64,000 nucleotides of DNA from an uncultured Holophaga sp. (GTDB lineage: Bacteria; Acidobacteriota; Holophagae; Holophagales; Holophagaceae), in the NCBI GenBank assembly GCA_963664825.1, contig OY761614.1:2816001-2880000 (forward strand), given 5' to 3'. The position numbers were made by a program, and so were the translations under genes. The notes under the pieces were generated by a model. The model ran no database searches, was not told the DNA's origin, and saw only the letters and a program-made list of their open reading frames with translations. Of the stretch, positions 58,421 through 64,000 are shown in pieces (position 1 is the first letter of the stretch; every line of letters starts with the position of its first letter).

Positions 58421-59203
58421 TCAGGCCAGGTGCCATGTCTTCAGGAGGCGTTCCACCCCAGGGATATCGGCCGGGGTATCGACCCCCAGGCTCAGGTGGG
58501 GGGTCTCAGCCACGCCGATGGCGAGGCCCGCCGCCAAGGCGCGGAGCTGTTCGAGCATCTCGGCCTGTTCCAGAGGATGGGGGGGGAGCTGGGTGAAGGC
58601 CCGCAGGGCCTCGGGGCGGTAGGCGTAGATGCCCAGGTGCCGCTTGAAGAGCTTCAGGTGTTCGGGGCGCGCCCAGGGCCTGAAATCGGGTTCGAACACC
58701 GAACTATTGCGCAGGTAGGGAATGGGGCTGCGGCTGAAGTAGAGGGCCCGGCCCCGATCATCGGTCACGACCTTCACGGCATTGGGATTGAAGACCTCCT
58801 CGATCGTGGCGAAGGGACAGGCCGCCGTGCCCATGGGGAGTTCGGGGGCTTCGGCCATGAGCCTCACGAGGGCCGCGATGGTGTCGGGGTGCATGGCAGG
58901 TTCGTCGCCCTGGATATTCAGGACCACCTCGAAGGGCTCATCCAGCTGGCCCAGGGCCGCCGCCACGCGGTCCGTGCCGGAGGGGAGGGCGGGATCCGTG
59001 AGGATCACCTGGCCGTCGAAGGCCCGGACGGCGCGCTCGATGCGTGCGTCATCGGTGGCCACCACCACCCTGTCCACTCCTGTGGCGCGGGAGGCCGCTT
59101 CCCATACCCACTGGATCATGGGCTTTCCCGCGATGAGGGCGAGGGGCTTGCCCGGGAAGCGGGTCGAGGCATAACGGCTGGGGAGGACGGCCAGGGTGCG
59201 CAT
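58421..59203 (-). CDS. kdsB: 3-deoxy-manno-octulosonate cytidylyltransferase
   Basis: PSRYASTRFPGKPL, SGTDR, NIQGDEP, ALYFSRSPIP, EMLEQLR. Confidence 0.96.
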   Translation of the reverse strand: MRTLAVLPSRYASTRFPGKPLALIAGKPMIQWVWEAASRATGVDRVVVATDDARIERAVRAFDGQVILTDPALPSGTDRVAAALGQLDEPFEVVLNIQGDEPAMHPDTIAALVRLMAEAPELPMGTAACPFATIEEVFNPNAVKVVTDDRGRALYFSRSPIPYLRNSSVFEPDFRPWARPEHLKLFKRHLGIYAYRPEALRAFTQLPPHPLEQAEMLEQLRALAAGLAIGVAETPHLSLGVDTPADIPGVERLLKTWHLA

Positions 59204-59369
59204 GGGGGAGCTTTCCTTCGGCTGGGGTGCCGGTTTGATCATAGCAAGGCCAAGCCTGGCGGCCCCCGTGGCTGAAGACCACGCTAGGCGGGGCCTCCCG
59301 TGTGGACCTGGGGGACGGGTGCAGGCATAATCAACCGTTTGACCCTCTGCAGGTATGAAGGAGGTTTCC

Positions 59370-60371
59370 TTGACCCGACGTCTCGCCAAGTCCGTGGGCA
59401 TCACCGCTACCGGTCAGTTCTATCCTGAGCGCATCGTCACCAACCATGACTTGGCCAAGCTGGTGGATACCAACGACGAGTGGATCACCTCGCGCACGGG
59501 CATCAAGGAACGGCGATGGGTGGAACCCGGCGTGGCCTCCTCGGATCTCGGGGCCGAGGCCCTCAAGATGGCCCTGAAGAATCGTGGCATCGTGGCCGAT
59601 GATCTGGACGTCATCATCGCCTGCACGGTGACGCCCGACATGTTCTTCCCCTGCACGGCGGCCCTGATCCAGAACAAGGTAGGGGCTTCCAAGGCCTTCG
59701 GCTTCGATCTGAACGCCGGGTGCTCGGGCTTCCTCTTCGGCCTCACCACGGGCGCCAGCATGGTGGCCGGTGGCGGCTTCAAGCGCGTGGCCGTCGTGGG
59801 CTGCGAGGTGATGACCTCCATCATGGACAAGACGGACCGCAACACGGCCGTGCTCTTCGGCGATGGCGCGGGCGCCGTGATCCTCGAGGAGGTGGAGGAG
59901 GGCTACGGGATCCTCGATTTCGAGCACCGCATCGACGGTTCCGGCGGCCCCTTCCTCTGCATGCCCGCCGGCGGTTCCCTGCGCCCCTCCACCCACGAGA
60001 CGGTAGACGCCCGCCAGCACTACATCCACCAGGAGGGCAAGGAGGTTTACAAGAACGCCGTGCGCGACATGGCCGAGGTGAGCCGCCTCATGCTGGACCG
60101 GAACGCCCTCGATCCGAAAGACTTGGCCCTCTTCGTGCCCCACCAGGCCAATATCCGGATCATGGAGGCCGCCGCCAAGCGTCTGGAATTGCCCCGCGAG
60201 CGGATGGCCAACAACATCGTCCATTACGCCAACACCACAGCCGCCACGCTTCCCACGGCCATGCACCAGTCGCTGGAGGCCGGGAGGCTGAAGAAGGGCG
60301 ATATCGTGGTGCTCGCCGCCTTCGGCGCGGGCTTCACCTGGGGTGGCACGCTGCTGAAGTGGGCCTACTGA
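59370..60371 (+). CDS. fabH: 3-oxoacyl-ACP synthase III
   Basis: DEWITSRTGIKERR, AGCSGF, LFGDGAGA, HQANIRI, FGAGFTWG; AAGGAGG SD before TTG. Confidence 0.95.
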   Translation: MTRRLAKSVGITATGQFYPERIVTNHDLAKLVDTNDEWITSRTGIKERRWVEPGVASSDLGAEALKMALKNRGIVADDLDVIIACTVTPDMFFPCTAALIQNKVGASKAFGFDLNAGCSGFLFGLTTGASMVAGGGFKRVAVVGCEVMTSIMDKTDRNTAVLFGDGAGAVILEEVEEGYGILDFEHRIDGSGGPFLCMPAGGSLRPSTHETVDARQHYIHQEGKEVYKNAVRDMAEVSRLMLDRNALDPKDLALFVPHQANIRIMEAAAKRLELPRERMANNIVHYANTTAATLPTAMHQSLEAGRLKKGDIVVLAAFGAGFTWGGTLLKWAY

Positions 60372-60384
60372 TCCGGTAGTCTCC

Positions 60385-60915
60385 ATGCGCATCATCGCCG
60401 GATCCCTCAAGGGGCGTCGCCTGCAATCGCCCCCGGCGGGTGAGCAGGGCCTTCGTCCCACCTCGGATCGGGCCCGGGAGGCCCTCTTCTCCATTCTCCA
60501 GGCCTGGCCTCAGGGGGCCTTCCTGGATCTCTTCGCGGGGACGGGAGCCGTTGGGCTGGAGGCATGGTCCCGGGGCTTTTCTCCGGTCACCTGCGTGGAA
60601 AAGGCGGGCGCAGCCTGCGCCCTGGCCCAGGCCAACGCGCGCGGCACCGGGCTCCGGGTGCTCCAGAAGGATGCCCAGCGCCTCGAGGCGGAGGCCTTCC
60701 GGGATCTGGCGCTGGTCTTCGGAGACCCCCCCTATGCGCATTCCCGGGATCTGTTCCAGAGCCTGGCGCCCCGCATCCGATCATGGATGGCGCCGGGAGG
60801 CATTCTGGTCTGGGAGACCGAGCAGCGGGAGGAACTCTTCCCGCCCGAAGGCTGGTCGTCCCTGGATTCACGGCGCTATGGGGCTGCCTGCTTCCATTTC
60901 TTCCAGGCGGGATAG
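60385..60915 (+). CDS. rsmD: 16S rRNA m2G966 methyltransferase
   Basis: MRIIAGSLKGRRL, RPTSDRAREALF, LDLFAGTG, DPPY. Confidence 0.92.
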   Translation: MRIIAGSLKGRRLQSPPAGEQGLRPTSDRAREALFSILQAWPQGAFLDLFAGTGAVGLEAWSRGFSPVTCVEKAGAACALAQANARGTGLRVLQKDAQRLEAEAFRDLALVFGDPPYAHSRDLFQSLAPRIRSWMAPGGILVWETEQREELFPPEGWSSLDSRRYGAACFHFFQAG

Positions 60916-60924
60916 ACTCTTCCC

Positions 60925-62574
60925 ATGCCTCATCTCTCCATCAAGACGAAATTCATGGCCGTCATCGGCCTGTTGGTGGCCTGCTTCGTCTTTTTCAATA
61001 CGCTGGTCTATCCCCGGAGAGTCGAGCGCCAGATCCGCGAGCGATCCCTGAACAGCGCCCAGCAGGTGGCCGAGACCGCGAGCTATGCCCTGGCCACGGG
61101 GAACCCGGAGGCCATCACAAGAGTCTTGGAGGGTGTGAAGCATATCCCCGGCTTCCACTTCAGCGCCGTCTTCGACGAGCACGGGAAACCCCTGAACGTC
61201 ACGGCTTCCGCGCCGGCCTGGGTGAAGGCCTACAGCCGCAGCCAGGGCAGCCGTGAGGCCTTCACGCGGAAAGAGGATGGCATCCTGGTGGCCACGGCGC
61301 CCATCTTCTTCCTGGCGCCCCCCACGGGTAGGGTTGGCACGCTGGTGTTGGGCTTCACCACCGATGATATTCAGAAGACGCTGAACGACAATATCTGGAT
61401 GGGCATCGCCGCGGGTCTGCTGCTGCTGGGGATAGGCGGGGCGGTTTCGGCCTTCATGGGGCGGCGCTACATCCGGCCCATCGAACAACTCACGGCCGGT
61501 GCCCAGCAGGTGGCCCAGGGGAATCTCGACGTGGCCCCCGTGCGGGTCTATAGCGGCGATGAACTGGAGGACCTGAGCCGGAGTTTCGATCTGATGACCA
61601 ACAAGCTCCGGGTTTCCCGGGATGAGATCGAGCGCCAGAACAGGCTCCTGGAATTCCGGGTGCAGGAGCGAACCCGTCAATTGATGGAGACCATCTGGGA
61701 GCTGGAGGAGATCCGGGCCAACCTCGAACAGCTCGTGCGGGAGCGCACCAAGGGGCTGGAGGAGAGTCGCGCCGAACTGCGCGCCTGGGCCGAGACCCTC
61801 GAGGAGAAGGTGCGCGAGAAGACCCAGGAACTCATGGAACTCAACGAGAGCCTCCTTGCCAGCTTCCAGAAACTCCAGCAGGTGGATCGTCTCAAGGACG
61901 AGTTCCTGGCCAACATGAGCCACGAACTGCGGACGCCCCTCAATGCGGTGATCGGGTTTTCCGGCCTCCTGCTGCAGGAGAGCGCCGATCGTATTCCCGA
62001 CGATGTGAAGGAGGACTTGGCGATCATCCTTCAAAATGGCCGCAGCCTTCTGACGATGATCGACTCCATCCTGGATCTTTCCAAGATCGAGACCGGCAAT
62101 TTCGAACTCGAGCTGAGGCCCTTTGACCCGCTCCCGGTGCTCGAAGACGTCAAGGTGCTGGCCGCGGGCCTGATCCTGGGCCGTTCCGTCCAATTCCATT
62201 GCGAGGTCCCGGCCTGGGATGTGCGTGTGCTGGGCGATCCCGTGCGGTTGAAACAGGTCTTCATCAACCTAGTGGGAAATGCCATCAAGTTCACCGAACA
62301 TGGCGAGGTGTGCATCCGGGTGGAGCGTGACCAGGCGCACCTGCGGGTGGCCATCCAGGACACGGGCATCGGCATGAACCCAGAAGAGATCCAACGCCTC
62401 TTCCGCCCCTTCCAACAGGTGGACGGGAGCATCACCCGGCGCTTTGGCGGCACGGGTCTGGGCCTGGCCTTGTCCCAGCGGGTGATGGGCCTCATGGATG
62501 GCACCATTCGGGTCGAAAGCGAGAAGGGAAGAGGTAGCACCTTCACTGTCGAGATGCCTTTGGAGCACTCATGA
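60925..62574 (+). CDS. Membrane sensor histidine kinase (HAMP, coiled coil, HisKA, HATPase)
   Basis: FLANMSHELRTPLN, NLVGNAIKFT, DTGIG, GGTGLGL. Confidence 0.94.
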   Translation: MPHLSIKTKFMAVIGLLVACFVFFNTLVYPRRVERQIRERSLNSAQQVAETASYALATGNPEAITRVLEGVKHIPGFHFSAVFDEHGKPLNVTASAPAWVKAYSRSQGSREAFTRKEDGILVATAPIFFLAPPTGRVGTLVLGFTTDDIQKTLNDNIWMGIAAGLLLLGIGGAVSAFMGRRYIRPIEQLTAGAQQVAQGNLDVAPVRVYSGDELEDLSRSFDLMTNKLRVSRDEIERQNRLLEFRVQERTRQLMETIWELEEIRANLEQLVRERTKGLEESRAELRAWAETLEEKVREKTQELMELNESLLASFQKLQQVDRLKDEFLANMSHELRTPLNAVIGFSGLLLQESADRIPDDVKEDLAIILQNGRSLLTMIDSILDLSKIETGNFELELRPFDPLPVLEDVKVLAAGLILGRSVQFHCEVPAWDVRVLGDPVRLKQVFINLVGNAIKFTEHGEVCIRVERDQAHLRVAIQDTGIGMNPEEIQRLFRPFQQVDGSITRRFGGTGLGLALSQRVMGLMDGTIRVESEKGRGSTFTVEMPLEHS

Positions 62575-64000
62575 CCGCGCGCATCCTGTGTATTGAGGAC
62601 AACCCGGTCAACTATCGGCTGGTGCAGCGCCTGTTGACCCAGGCGGGCTACGAGATGCACTGGGCCGAGGAGGGCCTCCGGGGCTTCGAGATGGCCATGG
62701 AACTCAAACCCGATCTGGTGCTCCTGGATATCAACCTGCCGGGCCTCTCGGGTTTCGAGGTGGCCACCAAGTTCAGGCAGCAGGCCGAACTCAAGCACAC
62801 GCCCATCATCGCCCTCACCGCCAAGACCCTGAAGGGTGATCGCGAGACGGCCTTGGTGGCCGGTTGCGACGGATTCATTCCCAAGCCCATCGATCCCTTT
62901 GCCTTCGTCGGCCAGGTGGAGGCCTATCTCGGCGGCCACCGGGAGCACCTCGAAAAATCTAGGGAAGGGGCTGTGCTCAGGAATTTCAATGTTCAGATGC
63001 TGGAGCATCTCGAGGCCCAACTCAAGGAGGCCCAGGAAGCCAACCGGAAGCTGACCGCCACCCAGGAGGAGCTGGAGACTCGCAACCGGAGCCTCCAGCG
63101 GCTGCTGAGCCTGGGCCAGTCTCTCCTGCTGGAACACGATTCGACCGCCCTCGTGCTCCGGGTTCTGGAACAGGTCCAGGCCATCGTGGGGGCCACGAGC
63201 CTGGCGGCCTATCGCCTCCATCCCAGTGGGGGCTACTGGGAAGGGTTCCAATGGCAGGGGGAGCGCTTCGAGGTGGCCCTGACCCTGCCCCGGGACCATG
63301 TGTTCTGTGAACGCTTGCGCACGCTGAGTGAGGGCGGGCTTCTCCATGGGGCGCAGCTTCGGAGCCACCGGATCTGGGAGGAAGGGCTCCAATTGGGGTT
63401 CTGGGGGCCCAGCTCCGAAATGAGCCTCCAGGTGCTGAAGGACCGCCAGGTGGAAGACGAGATCTGGGGATTCTGGACCTTCGCCCGGGATGCCGCCCAG
63501 CCCTTCCTGCCCCTGGACCTGGAGCTGATCGCGCTCCATGCGGGACTGGCGATGGTGAGCATCGAGAACGCCGAACTCATCCACAGCCTCCATGAGAGCA
63601 GCCGGGCCCTGGCTTCCAGCTACGAGCACATGGAACTCTCCTACCAGGACCTTCAGCACGCCAAGGCCGAGCTGAGCCGTCAGGACCGCCAAGTGATCAT
63701 GGAGGAGCTCTTCGCCAAGATCACGCACCGTCTCGTGGCCCCCGTGCAGATCCTCAATCGCCAGAGCCATGAACTCGACCGCCTGCTGGGTTCCCGGGAC
63801 GCATTGGGCGAGTCGGCCCCGAGGGCGATCGCGGAGATCCTAAGTGCGGTCTCCAAGATCAATGGGCTCCTGAAGGCCCTGATGCGAAGGGTCGACAAGG
63901 AAAGTCCCTCCACGCCCGAATGGCTGGACCTCCACGATCTCCTGCTTCAGGAGCTGGAGCTGCTGGGGGCGGAAGGCGTGATCCCAACCAAGGCCGAGGT
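62571..64000 (+). CDS. Response regulator with DivK-like REC, coiled coil, GAF-like and degenerate HisKA-like regions (runs off the window)
   Basis: Own translation: MTARILCIEDNPVN...DLVLLDINLPGLSG...IALTA...AGCDGFIPKPID; later SIENAELI and KITHRLVAP. Confidence 0.88.
   Translation, partial: MTARILCIEDNPVNYRLVQRLLTQAGYEMHWAEEGLRGFEMAMELKPDLVLLDINLPGLSGFEVATKFRQQAELKHTPIIALTAKTLKGDRETALVAGCDGFIPKPIDPFAFVGQVEAYLGGHREHLEKSREGAVLRNFNVQMLEHLEAQLKEAQEANRKLTATQEELETRNRSLQRLLSLGQSLLLEHDSTALVLRVLEQVQAIVGATSLAAYRLHPSGGYWEGFQWQGERFEVALTLPRDHVFCERLRTLSEGGLLHGAQLRSHRIWEEGLQLGFWGPSSEMSLQVLKDRQVEDEIWGFWTFARDAAQPFLPLDLELIALHAGLAMVSIENAELIHSLHESSRALASSYEHMELSYQDLQHAKAELSRQDRQVIMEELFAKITHRLVAPVQILNRQSHELDRLLGSRDALGESAPRAIAEILSAVSKINGLLKALMRRVDKESPSTPEWLDLHDLLLQELELLGAEGVIPTKAE

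Overview
High-GC bacterial chromosomal window; gene content suggests Acidobacteriota, Holophagaceae-like (inference only). It is mostly housekeeping: feoAB, gmhB-like, sfsA, gcvT/gcvH, MltD-like transglycosylase, ABC-F, pgsA, queG, speA, arfB, purN, rnhB, tolB-pal-cpoB, mutY, secG, ruvA, the first half of the dcw cluster (mraZ to murD), kdsB, fabH, rsmD, several two-component and c-di-GMP proteins, and two tRNAs (Ala-GGC, Leu-GAG). One accessory block (about 36.4-43.2 kb) is an arsenic-resistance cluster (arsR-arsP-trx-trx-ccdA-acr3-arsR-arsM) whose arsM is split by an intact 1330-bp ISL3 with an 8-bp target duplication. The most unusual signals are small and mostly non-coding. (1) A 182-bp structured cassette at the rnhB 5' end duplicates the first 21 codons with only synonymous changes, breaks at the catalytic D|E, keeps translational coupling and carries an antisense copy of the junction. 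(2) Two homologous ~100-nt structured elements with compensatory base changes sit in dcw intergenic gaps in opposite orientations. (3) An inverted copy of the tRNA-Ala T-arm lies just past its terminator. Unusual proteins include a Pal with an RMF-like motif, a cysteine-free YedF-like protein and a ChpT-like stand-alone phosphotransferase. All calls come from reading the sequence; no searches were run.
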